Shown: positions 1 through 10,392 of the stretch, piece after piece
How the letters are laid out: each line of letters opens with the position of its first letter
Position numbering within the stretch: position 1 is the stretch's first letter
From: a virus
Taxonomy: Duplodnaviria; Caudoviricetes
DNA: 64,000 bases
Reading direction: 5' to 3' (one strand)
Virus record (IMG/VR): IMGVR_UViG_3300012983_000034
Location: 45,935 to 109,934 of that record
Notes under the pieces: generated by a model
Told to the model about the DNA's origin: nothing
The model's input: the letters and a program-made list of their open reading frames with translations, nothing else
Database searches by the model: none
Translations under genes and position numbers: made by a program

Positions 1-474
1 ATGTGCCCTGCTGATGCAGTATTTACAAAGCAATCTGTTGGTGCTGGTGGCAATCCCAATAATTATTATGCGACATTTAAGACATATGCGCCTAATGACG
101 ATGTTGTTGGTTACATTGAACATTTGGGAAACCAAGTTGACAGCGAAGTTTTGACTGATTTAAAAATAGACGAGTACGGCAGAAAGTATCAACCTACTTG
201 GCTGGGCATTGCATCTTATGATGAGTCAACTGATACTTGGACTTATCTTGGTGAGAATTCATCGAAGGATAAGTATATTGGTTGGGACTATCAAATCGAC
301 TGGTACAATGCTGACGGTGTAATGATTGCATCGGATAGTATAAGAATTAATTTGTCTAACGAAAATTGTCATTCATCTATTGAACCTTATTATGTAGGCA
401 AGATGATGAATGAAGTTGATAAGAAAATTGAAACTGCTGTTGCCCAATACACAATTGAAGTCGTTGAATTTTAA
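1..474 (+). CDS. Putative virion/tail-associated protein (probably 5'-truncated)
   Basis: ORF at window edge in structural operon. Confidence 0.6.
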   Translation: MCPADAVFTKQSVGAGGNPNNYYATFKTYAPNDDVVGYIEHLGNQVDSEVLTDLKIDEYGRKYQPTWLGIASYDESTDTWTYLGENSSKDKYIGWDYQIDWYNADGVMIASDSIRINLSNENCHSSIEPYYVGKMMNEVDKKIETAVAQYTIEVVEF

Positions 475-532
475 GAAGGTGCAGCAAATATGAAAAACTT
501 AATATTAACAAGTAAGGAGGTGACGATGAAAA

Positions 533-1759
533 ATGGCTAATGTAGAAAATGGCGCATTACAATCTGCAATAAATAATGCCGCTGTTGGTGAGACACTTGT
601 ATTAACAAGTGATATGGTGCTGACAGGTCGGGTAACTGTGTCAAATGTGGTGACTATTGACCTTAATGGTCACGTTATTACTGGCAACGTTAACGACGGC
701 TATGGAGCGATTTATGTGGGGACAAATGGTGTTTTAACCATTAAAGATAGTAGTTCTGCTAAGACTGGTGCTATCATTAACACTGTTGGAAATGCCATTG
801 GTAACTTTGGTATTGTCAATATATATGACGGTACATTTACAGGAGATTATGCTTTGTATAATTTCCATTACAATGACTCTATTTATGGGACTTCCGTTAT
901 ATATGGTGGCACATTCAAATCTGCTGTTGACGGTCATCCATCAGTTGCAAACTGCGGTGATTTGACGGTTAATGGCGGTACTATTGAACTCCTTGATACA
1001 ACAAATGTGTTAAATGTTACTGGTGGCGCTATCGAATCTTTGTATGTTGGTATTGCAGATTATAATCCCGAAAAACAAAGAACTTCTGTTAGTGGCGGTA
1101 ATATTGTTAACTTAGATGTTGCAGAGGATAGCGACAATAAAGTTGTTGTCTCTGGTGGAACATTTGGTTGTGAAATCGATAGTCGGTATTTGGCTGACGG
1201 TTTTGAGCTTTCTTATAATGAAAGTACTGGCAGCTATGGTGCCATTGCGGATTCTAGTGTTGCAAGTAGTGGATTAAAAGTAATAGCCACATCGTCATCT
1301 AAAATCAGAGATTTGATTATTCGAGATAATCAGCTAATTTTCATTAGGGACTTAGGCAGAATTGCTTTTGATTCCAAAGGAAAGCGTGTCTTCTATAATC
1401 AGATTGTAGAATTAGAAACTGAAGCCGATAGATTGGCTTTGGTAAATCCTGCTGGTGGCTACTATTTTGTAATTGGGTCTGCGTGTTTATGGTTCTATAA
1501 AAACGGTTGGACTCAGATTACTGAAAGACCTCAAGAAGTTTTGTTTATCGGCGTTGAAATCCCTGAGCTTGGTCAAGAAGGTAAACTTTATGTCGATACT
1601 GATGATAGAGAAATTTCTGTATGGGATGACGAAACAGATAAATATATAAAAGTTTCCAATTTCACAGAAGAAGCAACAGATGTCGATATTGAGAGTTTAT
1701 TTGATACAGACTCTGATACCGATGCCGATGTAGAGACTGATACCGAGGTTGAAACTTGA
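533..1759 (+). CDS. Putative tail-associated protein with beta-helix-like region
   Basis: AAGGAGG RBS; 'LQSAIN..G.T..L...DLNGH' start and G-G-T-F repeats; acidic C-terminus. Confidence 0.65.
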   Translation: MANVENGALQSAINNAAVGETLVLTSDMVLTGRVTVSNVVTIDLNGHVITGNVNDGYGAIYVGTNGVLTIKDSSSAKTGAIINTVGNAIGNFGIVNIYDGTFTGDYALYNFHYNDSIYGTSVIYGGTFKSAVDGHPSVANCGDLTVNGGTIELLDTTNVLNVTGGAIESLYVGIADYNPEKQRTSVSGGNIVNLDVAEDSDNKVVVSGGTFGCEIDSRYLADGFELSYNESTGSYGAIADSSVASSGLKVIATSSSKIRDLIIRDNQLIFIRDLGRIAFDSKGKRVFYNQIVELETEADRLALVNPAGGYYFVIGSACLWFYKNGWTQITERPQEVLFIGVEIPELGQEGKLYVDTDDREISVWDDETDKYIKVSNFTEEATDVDIESLFDTDSDTDADVETDTEVET

Positions 1760-1807
1760 TTTGATTAAATCATTTAATTACTAATTATTATTATTTTATG
1801 GTAATTT

Positions 1808-1834
1808 AACTCTCACTTAAAATGAGGGTTTTAT
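1808..1834 (+). terminator. Possible rho-independent terminator
   Basis: AACTCTCA..TGAGGGTT hairpin followed by T-rich tract. Confidence 0.45.
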
Positions 1835-1918
1835 TTGGTATATTGTTATGTTTAATATTGCGTTTATCGCTTGGAAGTAAATTTATATATTATTAATTTT
1901 TTATTTAAAAGGAGAAAA

Positions 1919-3487
1919 ATGATTATGGCTACAAAAAAGTATGTATCTTTAGAGAAACTTGGTCTTTATGATGAGAAAATTAAGGGTGTAATTTCTGCTG
2001 GCGACGAAGCTGCTTTAGATGCTGCAAAGGCATATGCTGATGGTCTGGCTGGCAATTATGAAGCTGCTGGTACTATTGCTACCGCAAAGTCTGAGCTTGA
2101 AGGTAAAATTGCCACTGCTCAGGGCGCTGCTGATGGTGCCGCTGAAGCTGCTGCAAAAGCTCAGGGCGAAGTAGACGCTCTGGAAACTCTGGTTGGTACT
2201 CTTCCCGAAGGCTCTACTGTTACAAATGTTGTTGCTTATATCGATAAGAAGACTGAGGGTATTGCGTCCGAAGGTGCAATGACTGAGCTTTCTGGTCGTG
2301 TAAGCACCGTTGAGGGCAAAGTTACTACTATCGAAGGCGACTACCTGACTTCTGCTGACAAGACCGAGCTGAGCGATGCTATTGGCGCTGAGAAAACTCG
2401 TGCTGAGGGTATTGAGGCTGGTCTGCGTACCGATGTTGATGCTATTAAGGCTGACTACCTGAAGGAAGAGGATAAGACCGCTCTTCAGAATAGCATTGAT
2501 GGCGTTGCAGAGGATGTTGCTGATATCGTCAAGGACTATCTGACTTCTGCTGATAAGACCGAACTTCAGGGCAAGATTGACGCTAAGGCTGCTCAGACCG
2601 CTCTGGACGCTGAGGTTACTCGTGCTACTGGCGTTGAAGAGGGATTGCAGACTCAGATTAACACAATTATGAACAACCCTGATGCTGAGGGTGCTATCAA
2701 CTCTATTAATGAGTTTACTACTTGGGTTAGTGAGCACGGTACTATTGCTGACGGTATGAGAACCGATATCAACAAGAATAAGGATGATATCGCTGCAATG
2801 GATACCGCTTACAAGGCTGCTGACACCGCTCTGTCTGGTCGTCTGGACACTCTGGAAGCTATTGACCACGAGGCTTATGTCGCTGCTGACACTGCTCTGA
2901 AGACTGAGCTTGAGGGCAAGATTAATGCTAAGGCTGATGCTTCTGTCGTATCTTCTCAGGGCGAAGCTATCGCTGCTCTTCAGGGTGCTGACACCACTCT
3001 CTCTGGTCGTATCGACGCTCTGGAGGGTGCCGTTGGCGAGTCTGGTTCTGTAGCAGAGGATATCGCTGCTGCTAAGCAGGAGGCTATTGATGCTGCTGCT
3101 ACCGATGCTACTTCCAAGGCAAACGCCGCTGAGTCCGCTGCTAAGGGTCACGCAGATTCTCTGAATACTGCAATGAACACTCGTGTAGAGGCTCTTGAGG
3201 CTATTGACCACGACCATGCTAACAAGGCAGAGCTTGACCTGATTGCTACTGGCGATAAGGCTAAGTGGGATGCCGCTGCTGGCAAGGCTCACGAGCATAG
3301 TAATCTGTCTGTTCTTGAAGGTATTACCTCTGCAAAAGTAACCGCTTGGGACGCTGCTGAGGGCAATGCTAAGTCTTATGCCGATACAGAGATTGCTAAG
3401 GACAGAACTCGTCTCGACGCTGTTGAGGCTGGTCTTGCTTCCTTCGTAGAAGTAAGTGAGCAAGAAATTTTGGATTTATTTGCATAA
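1919..3487 (+). CDS. Coiled-coil tail fibre-like protein
   Basis: AGGAG RBS before ATG 1919/1925; Ala-rich heptad repeats (AEKTRAEGIE/AEVTRATGVE), HDHANK/HEHSN motifs. Confidence 0.75.
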   Translation: MIMATKKYVSLEKLGLYDEKIKGVISAGDEAALDAAKAYADGLAGNYEAAGTIATAKSELEGKIATAQGAADGAAEAAAKAQGEVDALETLVGTLPEGSTVTNVVAYIDKKTEGIASEGAMTELSGRVSTVEGKVTTIEGDYLTSADKTELSDAIGAEKTRAEGIEAGLRTDVDAIKADYLKEEDKTALQNSIDGVAEDVADIVKDYLTSADKTELQGKIDAKAAQTALDAEVTRATGVEEGLQTQINTIMNNPDAEGAINSINEFTTWVSEHGTIADGMRTDINKNKDDIAAMDTAYKAADTALSGRLDTLEAIDHEAYVAADTALKTELEGKINAKADASVVSSQGEAIAALQGADTTLSGRIDALEGAVGESGSVAEDIAAAKQEAIDAAATDATSKANAAESAAKGHADSLNTAMNTRVEALEAIDHDHANKAELDLIATGDKAKWDAAAGKAHEHSNLSVLEGITSAKVTAWDAAEGNAKSYADTEIAKDRTRLDAVEAGLASFVEVSEQEILDLFA

Positions 3488-3528
3488 ATAGCTTTAATTT
3501 AAAGTTGTTTAACTAATAAATATATACA

Positions 3529-3554
3529 AGGAGACCTCTTAATTGAGGTCTCCT
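3529..3554 (+). terminator. Hairpin/terminator
   Basis: AGGAGACCTC-TTAATT-GAGGTCTCCT perfect stem. Confidence 0.6.
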
Positions 3555-3599
3555 ATCTCTAAACAAAAATGAATGAAAAAATATTAATTTGAAAGGGGC

Positions 3600-4046
3600 G
3601 TGAATATCATGAAGATGTATTATAATAACGTTCCAATAAAATCTTTAAATGTTAAACATTATGAACTTGATACCAATTCGGCTACGATGGTTCCTTCTGA
3701 CCTTCAGACGGGTGTTACAGCATTCGCAAAAGGTAAGAAGGTAGAAGGCACAGGCAAAGCGTTTGAATTTGCAATGTATGGAGATTGGAATACAAATACT
3801 CCAATTGTTGTTCCCTCAACAATAAATGTTGTTCAAGTTGGAAGTCTTAACTACCCGATAAGAATGACTAATTCTGTATACAATATGAATTCTCTTGATT
3901 TTACGAAAACACAAAAAATAGCAGAAGTAACTATTGAAGGAACCGTATATTCTATTTCTGCATCTGTACAAAATGGAATGTTGACTATTTTTTGTGACAA
4001 TACAATAGAAATACAATTATTTTTTGGAAAGGACAATTATAGGTAA
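3600..4046 (+). CDS. Hypothetical tail-associated protein
   Basis: 'ATMVPSDLQTGVTAFAKGKKVEGT' motif typical of phage tail proteins. Confidence 0.65.
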   Translation: MNIMKMYYNNVPIKSLNVKHYELDTNSATMVPSDLQTGVTAFAKGKKVEGTGKAFEFAMYGDWNTNTPIVVPSTINVVQVGSLNYPIRMTNSVYNMNSLDFTKTQKIAEVTIEGTVYSISASVQNGMLTIFCDNTIEIQLFFGKDNYR

Positions 4047-4051
4047 ATATT

Positions 4052-4273
4052 ATGGATAAAAAAAATGTAAATCTTCAATATCGGTACGCTTACATAAATT
4101 TAGAAACTGGCGAATGTCTTGGTTGTGCAACATTTAGTTATGAAATTATTCATGAAGCTTATATTTCTGTTCCTCACGGAGATAACACTTATGTTGGTCT
4201 CTTTTATAATCAACAGGACGGTCTTTGGTATACAGATGGAACTTTCAGCGTATTGGCTGATGGATTCAACTAA
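4052..4273 (+). CDS. Small hypothetical protein (possible fibre assembly factor)
   Basis: Co-oriented ORF with RBS. Confidence 0.6.
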   Translation: MDKKNVNLQYRYAYINLETGECLGCATFSYEIIHEAYISVPHGDNTYVGLFYNQQDGLWYTDGTFSVLADGFN

Positions 4274-4319
4274 TTAATAACGCAAACAATAACAATTAAA
4301 TACAGAAAACAAAAATCTT

Positions 4320-4350
4320 ACGAGGGTAGTCCTCTACCCTCGTTTTATTT
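4320..4350 (+). terminator. Rho-independent terminator
   Basis: ACGAGGGTAG-TCCT-CTACCCTCGT then TTTATTT. Confidence 0.75.
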
Positions 4351-4464
4351 TAAATATAATTTTATTTTGTAATTATGTGTGATAGCTAGACACATAAAAA
4401 CAAATAAATAAAATTTTTAAAAATTAAATTCTCTATAATCTATATAGAAAGGAGAAAAAATAAA

Positions 4465-7400
4465 ATGGCAACAAGAAAATATGTGAGTTTGAATAAACTC
4501 TCAGTCTTCTTAGACAAGTTAAAAGCCACATTCGCCTCTCTCACACACACTCATTCATATGATGAGCTGAGAAACAAGCCGTTTTATGAAGGCACAGACT
4601 ACTCTTCTGTCTTCGCTTCTACGGTAAATTTCTATGAATGGGGCGGCGGAGTTTATGGTGCTGCTGTTACAGATGCACCGAAAGTGCTTACTCAAAGTAT
4701 ATCTCATAAAGTTATATGGGATGGCGTAGAGTATACTATGACTTCTGCTTTTGCTGGCAACAACGATGCTGGTAATCCTATTACATCTATTGGTGCTCCA
4801 TATGGCGACTATTCAAACTATCCATTTGGTATTGATAGTTATATGACCGCATCTGGCACATATGAGTTTAGTATTCATACAAATTCAACTACTTCTACTC
4901 ACACAATTGATATCTTAGAACTTGGTTCTAGTTTTGTGACTCTTGATGATAGATTTATTTCTGATAACATTGCTAGAACTCTTGATGTTGATACTGCAAT
5001 CGAAAACCTCAGAGATAATACTGATAAAGTTGCTAATGCTTTAAAAGGCTATGCAAGTGGGGAATCAGTGACTCTAACCGATGTTTCTCCATTAGAGCAT
5101 GAAATTAAAGTAAAAATACAAACAAATGGCGAACAAATTGGAAAAGAACCTGCTCTTATTGGTGAGGAAAATATGTTGCAGTATGAAGGAGACATTGAAT
5201 TTGGTAAAAGCTATACAATAGATTCTTATGGCTATAATGATGACGAGGGAACAGACTATATTGGTTTTTATAATGACTATGAAGAATATTGCCTTCTAAT
5301 AATTTATTCATATGAACATTCAATTTCTTCTATAGAAGAAATTAGTAATTATAATTTTATACGATTCGAAATGAAAGATGAAGAAGAAGGTTGGGAAGCT
5401 TATCTTGAACCAGATGATTTCTCTTCTGTTAGAGTAACCGTATCTGGTACAGGAGAAAAGTTCGCCTTGGGGAATTATGAGAATAGCGGTGGCGATTGCT
5501 GGGATAACAATGGAACTTTTATTGTAGAATCGGTAGAATCGGCTGATGATTTTGATTACGGAATAATCTATTTTACAAATGGCACATATTACGAGGGAAC
5601 AATAAGGAATGATAATATACAAGCGGGGGATAAAGCAAAAATTGAATACAACTATGACCCTGCTTATGAATACAACGTTCCTTGTCTTGTTATTATTAAA
5701 GGTGATTATATAGAACCTACAATATACACGCCAAATAAAGAAGGTGTTATTTCTGGTATTATTGGAGATGGAAAAGTTATAATCATTTCAAATAATAAAG
5801 ACTATATACTTGAAGTAGAATATAATAGAGACATAAATGGAATAATAAGCGATATTTCCAATGAGGTTGTCAGCGTACAAAGCAAAGCAGATAGCGCATA
5901 TAACATTGCAAATAACGCACAGACTACCGCAAATAACGCTCTTGATAAGGCAAATGGTGCACAGACTACCGCAAATAACGCTCTTGATAAGGCAAATGGC
6001 GCACAAAGCGTAGCAACTAATGCGCAGACTACTGCAAATAATGCTCTTGATAAAATAGAACAAATGTCTAATCCGAGCGTCATCACTGGTACAGCAAATG
6101 GTTCCGCCGTAGCATTGACTGATATTTCGCCTTTGGAACACGAAATCGGTGTGAAATTGGCGAGTGACACATTGACCGATTTTTCTTCCGTCACCTTGAC
6201 CAAGTACGGAAAGAACATTTTTAGCGATAGTATTCAGTTTACGGGCGTGAATTTTGAAGAAAACGGAGATAAGATTTTTGCTCCTCGTAACTACGATGTA
6301 GAGGGAGCAAGAAACGAATATATAGGTTTTACTATAACGGATATATGGCAATTAGCGTATGACAGAGGATTAAGCCTTACTGTTTCTTTTGATATGAAAG
6401 CCGCAAAAGAAGGGCAAATTCTAATTTATACTCTCGGAAAACCCCGTTTGACTCATAACCAATGGCACGATGTTACCACCGAATGGCAACATTTTAGTTT
6501 CACCGCAACAACTTATATCGAGCCGAATGCCGATGGAAGCGATGATTGCGATTTATCTTTTTATGGCACTTATGAAAGTGGTGTTACTCCTTTTTTGAAG
6601 AATATTCAAATAGAGATAGGCACAATGGAAACGGAATATGAACAATTCCAAAAGCAAACATACACACCCAATGCTGACGGAACGGTTGACGGTGTAACAA
6701 GCTTTTATCCCACAACTACACTTTTGACCAATGTAGAAGGTATAACCATTACAGCAGAATATATTAAAAATGTAAATGATGCTCTTAATATCGAACCCTC
6801 TAATGAAGCAGATACTTCTCTTGTAGTTGGTGCCAACATTTCTGATGTTCTTCGTTATACCAAACAAGATTTAACTGATGCTCAAAAAGCTCAAGCAAGG
6901 AATAATATTGAAGCGGTGAGTAGAGATGAAGTTGGTATTGTTATAGAAACATCAGTCAATTTATTCAATAGAAACGATGCAAGAAACAAATACAACACCT
7001 TCATTTTGGGCGGCTACAATGCTTTTAATGGCTATATTGTTTCTCACCCCATTTATATGAAAGCAGGCGTTTCTTATAAATATCGTTTCCACGGCAGTTT
7101 AGGAACAAATCAAGTTGTTGCTAGAGTTGAAGCCGATACAAGCGAAATTCTGCAAGAGTACACTTACAATGTTGAAAACGTTGAGTATGTTTCTTTCACG
7201 CCAACCGAAAGCGGTTATTATGTAGTAAATCTCGGTAATGCTTCGGATGTTTTGGAATATTTTATGGTATGCCGTGAGAACGAATATCCTAGCAATTTTG
7301 TGGAGTTTGGAACAAAAACGACAACAACGACTATGAGAAATCCTCTTTTGGGTAAAAGCATTGCTCTTAATGGAGATAGTATTTGTTATGGTGCAGGAGC

Positions 7401-7986
7401 AACTGGTGGATATGGTAAAATTCTTGCAGAAAACAACCAAATGACCTTGCAAAATGTCGGCGTGAGTGGAGGTACGATTACAGCAGAAACTTATGTTGAT
7501 GGAACAATCGCAAGGCATTGGATTTGTCGCACGATTGAGAATATGAACGCCGATGCAGATTATGTTATTGTAGAGGGTGGTGTGAATGATTGTTCTTTGA
7601 AACCTGCTTTTGGAGCAATCACTAACGGATTTAACGAAGCGCTTGATGATACAACTTTCTGCGGAGCAATGGAGTCTATATGCAAACAGCTTGTAACACG
7701 ATTCGCAGGAAAAAAGATAGGCTTTATAATCGTACACAAATGCTATCAAGGATATTCCAGCCAGTTTAATGGCGAAGAAAATTACTACAAAACCACCAAA
7801 GAAATTTGCGAAAAGTGGGGTGTTCCTTATTTGGATTTGAATACTTCTTGTCCTCCTTTTGGGGCTGGTGGAATTGACGAATTGCGCCTAGCATATACTT
7901 ATAACGGTGACGGATGGCATCCAAATGAAGCAGGTTATCGAGCCTATTATGTGCCGAAAATTGAGGCGTGGTTGAAAACGCTATAA
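4465..7986 (+). CDS. Tail fibre/receptor-binding protein with C-terminal SGNH/GDSL hydrolase
   Basis: GDSI, GVSG, GGVND, DGWHPN blocks of the SGNH fold; carbohydrate-binding-like central domain; coiled-coil repeats. Confidence 0.8.
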   Translation: MATRKYVSLNKLSVFLDKLKATFASLTHTHSYDELRNKPFYEGTDYSSVFASTVNFYEWGGGVYGAAVTDAPKVLTQSISHKVIWDGVEYTMTSAFAGNNDAGNPITSIGAPYGDYSNYPFGIDSYMTASGTYEFSIHTNSTTSTHTIDILELGSSFVTLDDRFISDNIARTLDVDTAIENLRDNTDKVANALKGYASGESVTLTDVSPLEHEIKVKIQTNGEQIGKEPALIGEENMLQYEGDIEFGKSYTIDSYGYNDDEGTDYIGFYNDYEEYCLLIIYSYEHSISSIEEISNYNFIRFEMKDEEEGWEAYLEPDDFSSVRVTVSGTGEKFALGNYENSGGDCWDNNGTFIVESVESADDFDYGIIYFTNGTYYEGTIRNDNIQAGDKAKIEYNYDPAYEYNVPCLVIIKGDYIEPTIYTPNKEGVISGIIGDGKVIIISNNKDYILEVEYNRDINGIISDISNEVVSVQSKADSAYNIANNAQTTANNALDKANGAQTTANNALDKANGAQSVATNAQTTANNALDKIEQMSNPSVITGTANGSAVALTDISPLEHEIGVKLASDTLTDFSSVTLTKYGKNIFSDSIQFTGVNFEENGDKIFAPRNYDVEGARNEYIGFTITDIWQLAYDRGLSLTVSFDMKAAKEGQILIYTLGKPRLTHNQWHDVTTEWQHFSFTATTYIEPNADGSDDCDLSFYGTYESGVTPFLKNIQIEIGTMETEYEQFQKQTYTPNADGTVDGVTSFYPTTTLLTNVEGITITAEYIKNVNDALNIEPSNEADTSLVVGANISDVLRYTKQDLTDAQKAQARNNIEAVSRDEVGIVIETSVNLFNRNDARNKYNTFILGGYNAFNGYIVSHPIYMKAGVSYKYRFHGSLGTNQVVARVEADTSEILQEYTYNVENVEYVSFTPTESGYYVVNLGNASDVLEYFMVCRENEYPSNFVEFGTKTTTTTMRNPLLGKSIALNGDSICYGAGATGGYGKILAENNQMTLQNVGVSGGTITAETYVDGTIARHWICRTIENMNADADYVIVEGGVNDCSLKPAFGAITNGFNEALDDTTFCGAMESICKQLVTRFAGKKIGFIIVHKCYQGYSSQFNGEENYYKTTKEICEKWGVPYLDLNTSCPPFGAGGIDELRLAYTYNGDGWHPNEAGYRAYYVPKIEAWLKTL
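5917..6052 (+). repeat. 42-bp tandem repeat (AQTTANNALDKANG) plus a degenerate copy
   Basis: GCACAGACTACCGCAAATAACGCTCTTGATAAGGCAAATGG occurs twice, then a diverged third unit. Confidence 0.85.
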
Positions 7987-8006
7987 GCAAAATAAATATG
8001 TCAAAC

Positions 8007-8044
8007 AAGAGTGGCAGAATTTTGTCTGCCACTCTTTATTTTTT
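8007..8044 (+). terminator. Rho-independent terminator
   Basis: AAGAGTGGCAGA-ATTTTG-TCTGCCACTCTT then T tract. Confidence 0.8.
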
Positions 8045-8072
8045 ATACAAATAAGATTAGAGGTGGTAAATA

Positions 8073-9446
8073 ATGGCTTGGAATCCGTTTGGTGTCGCAT
8101 TTGAACTCTCGGCATCTGGTAGTAATGTAACGAGAATATCTGCCACCCAATTTACTGTAAAAGTTAGTGCCTCTTGGGAGGTTTATTATTCTGGGAACAA
8201 AACAAATTATGGAATGAAAGTCACATCTGGCGGAAAAACCATATACATACCTGAATATGATGGAGAAAATCACTCCTCTGGTAGCGGCACTCTCACTGGC
8301 ACATATTCGATTAGCGGAAATGGCTCTCAAACAAAGAGTGTTTCTGTGGTTTTTGAAAACTATAAAACAAATCCAGATAGTTCTGCTACTACAACTGTTA
8401 CTTTTAATGTAACCGTACCAGCTTGGACATCTTACACGGTTTCATATAATGCCAATGGTGGTTCTGGCGCTCCTTCAAGTCAGACAAAATGGAAAGACCA
8501 AACATTAACACTGTCATCTACAAAACCAACTCGAACTGGCTACACATTTAGTAAATGGAATACAAAAGCTGACGGCAGCGGAACTTCTTATAATTCTGGA
8601 GCTGGTTATACTGCTAACTCTGCCGCTACACTATATGCGATATGGACAGAGAATAAATTAACTGTAAATTATTATAGCAACTATGCTGACTATGGTACTT
8701 ATAAAGGCGAAGCATTAAGTGTAAGCGCAAGTACCAATGTTAAAGTACATTCTCAAGATTTTTTATATGATAATTCGTATAGCAGCGCATTATCAAATGT
8801 TCAAAATGCAAGTTATTTGTATTTGTCACGCACTGGTTATACCCCTACTGGATATTGGGGAACTTCAACAAGTGGCGGAACGCTTATAGATGAAGATGCC
8901 AATTATTCAACTGGTCAAGCTCTTGCACAAGCATTTGGTAAGAGTCTTGCAAGTGGTAATGCATCTGTGAATGTATATCCGCAATGGAAAATAAACACTT
9001 ATACAATTGGATACGATGGTAATGGCGGCTCTGGCAGTATGGAAGTTCAATCAGTTAATTGGCAAGAAACGTTCACTCTTCTTGATAATAAATTTAAACG
9101 AGAAGGATATAAATTTATTGGATGGAATGCACAAAGAGAAGTCGATAGAAAATGGTATGTTAATGGACAAGGTTGGTTAACAGAAGATGAAATTACTACT
9201 AATGGATATGAGAAAAAGTTATATCTTAATCAAGATGAATTAATATTCGATTTGTCTTGGATTAGAGGAGAAACAGGAGTAATTCATCAATATACGATGT
9301 ATGCTATATGGGAAATATCTGGTGTTATTTATATAGATAACGGTACAGTATTTGAACCATATCTTGTATATATAGATAATGGAACAGATTGGGATTTATA
9401 TATTGCATATGTTGATAATGGCACAGATTGGGATATAATCTCATAG
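8073..9446 (+). CDS. InlB B-repeat (Listeria-Bacteroides repeat) virion protein
   Basis: YTVSYNANGG..P.RTGYTFSKWNTKADGSG..TLYAIW repeat units. Confidence 0.85.
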   Translation: MAWNPFGVAFELSASGSNVTRISATQFTVKVSASWEVYYSGNKTNYGMKVTSGGKTIYIPEYDGENHSSGSGTLTGTYSISGNGSQTKSVSVVFENYKTNPDSSATTTVTFNVTVPAWTSYTVSYNANGGSGAPSSQTKWKDQTLTLSSTKPTRTGYTFSKWNTKADGSGTSYNSGAGYTANSAATLYAIWTENKLTVNYYSNYADYGTYKGEALSVSASTNVKVHSQDFLYDNSYSSALSNVQNASYLYLSRTGYTPTGYWGTSTSGGTLIDEDANYSTGQALAQAFGKSLASGNASVNVYPQWKINTYTIGYDGNGGSGSMEVQSVNWQETFTLLDNKFKREGYKFIGWNAQREVDRKWYVNGQGWLTEDEITTNGYEKKLYLNQDELIFDLSWIRGETGVIHQYTMYAIWEISGVIYIDNGTVFEPYLVYIDNGTDWDLYIAYVDNGTDWDIIS

Positions 9447-9461
9447 TAAAGAGGTGATTTA

Positions 9462-10235
9462 ATGGCAGATATTAAAAATAAAGTTGTTACGGTTGAATCT
9501 TTGTCGGCTTTGCACGAACATAATAAAGAAACTTATATGTCAACAACTACCATTACAGTCCCAGCAGGTCGTATGCGTGGAGATGTTAATGGTGATGGAT
9601 ATGTTGATTTAGCAGATGCTCAACTTGTTAATAATCATATTTCTGGAGATAATATCATTACAGATAAAATACAATTATTATGTGCTGATACGAATAATGA
9701 TGGAAACATAGACGAAGAAGATGCGTCAAACATAGCATATATTTATCATTTTGGTTTTGAGGAATACTTGGAATTAGCAAATGATGTTTTGGGAAATTGG
9801 AAGCGCAATCCAGAATATGATATTGAAGGCAGCGAAACTAAAGATATGATGTTCTATACAGATATTGTTGTTGGAAATATAGACTACGAATCTCATTCTT
9901 TTATAATCACTATTGCAGATAAAAAATATGACAAAGACTTTTTTTGTGCAATATGTGTTAATGAAGCAATTAGATTATATGCAAAATTTTCCCCAACTTC
10001 CGAAGTAAAGGCTATAGTGCAATATTGGAATGGCAATGGAACAAATGTTGTCGTAGTTGATTCATTAGGTATTTTGTCAATGACTAACGGTGGTACAAAC
10101 GCTTCAAATGGGGCAGATGGTTTAGCAAATTTATTTGCTGACGGCAAAACAGTTCTTTCGTCTTATCAGTATGGCGACACTCTTCCCGAAGCTGGAACTG
10201 TTGGCAGAATATTTTTTAAGAAAATAAGCGAATAA
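9462..10235 (+). CDS. Dockerin type I domain-containing tail-associated protein
   Basis: GDVNGDGYVDLAD...ADTNNDGNIDEED paired Ca-binding loops; C-terminal 'LSSYQYGDTLPEAGTVGRIFFKK'. Confidence 0.8.
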   Translation: MADIKNKVVTVESLSALHEHNKETYMSTTTITVPAGRMRGDVNGDGYVDLADAQLVNNHISGDNIITDKIQLLCADTNNDGNIDEEDASNIAYIYHFGFEEYLELANDVLGNWKRNPEYDIEGSETKDMMFYTDIVVGNIDYESHSFIITIADKKYDKDFFCAICVNEAIRLYAKFSPTSEVKAIVQYWNGNGTNVVVVDSLGILSMTNGGTNASNGADGLANLFADGKTVLSSYQYGDTLPEAGTVGRIFFKKISE

Positions 10236-10241
10236 AAAATT

Positions 10242-10271
10242 AAGGATATCTTTACGGATATCCTTTTTTTT
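10242..10271. terminator. Bidirectional terminator
   Basis: AAGGATATC-TTTACG-GATATCCTT with A tract upstream and T tract downstream, between convergent genes. Confidence 0.7.
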
Positions 10272-10392
10272 ACATTTTTTGTTTCGTGTTTTTCTCATTA
10301 TATTTGTCTGCAAAAAACTTTGCTAATCTGCTTGTATTTATCTTTTTACTTTCTATAATTTTAATTGTTATCTCTCTTTCTTTTCTCGCCAT
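10270..10392 (-). CDS. 40-aa basic protein divergent from the integrase (candidate recombination directionality factor)
   Basis: Not in ORF track; AAGGAG RBS; MARKEREITIKIIESKKINTSRLAKFFADKYNEKNTKQKM. Confidence 0.55.
   Translation of the reverse strand: MARKEREITIKIIESKKINTSRLAKFFADKYNEKNTKQKM

Noticed and set aside
2015-3463. 482-aa antisense ORF
   Set aside because: Ser/Leu-rich shadow of the strongly codon-biased fibre gene; no RBS.
4465-10235. Diversity-generating retroelement targeting tail fibres
   Set aside because: No reverse transcriptase and no TR/VR pair with adenine-specific mismatches seen in the window.
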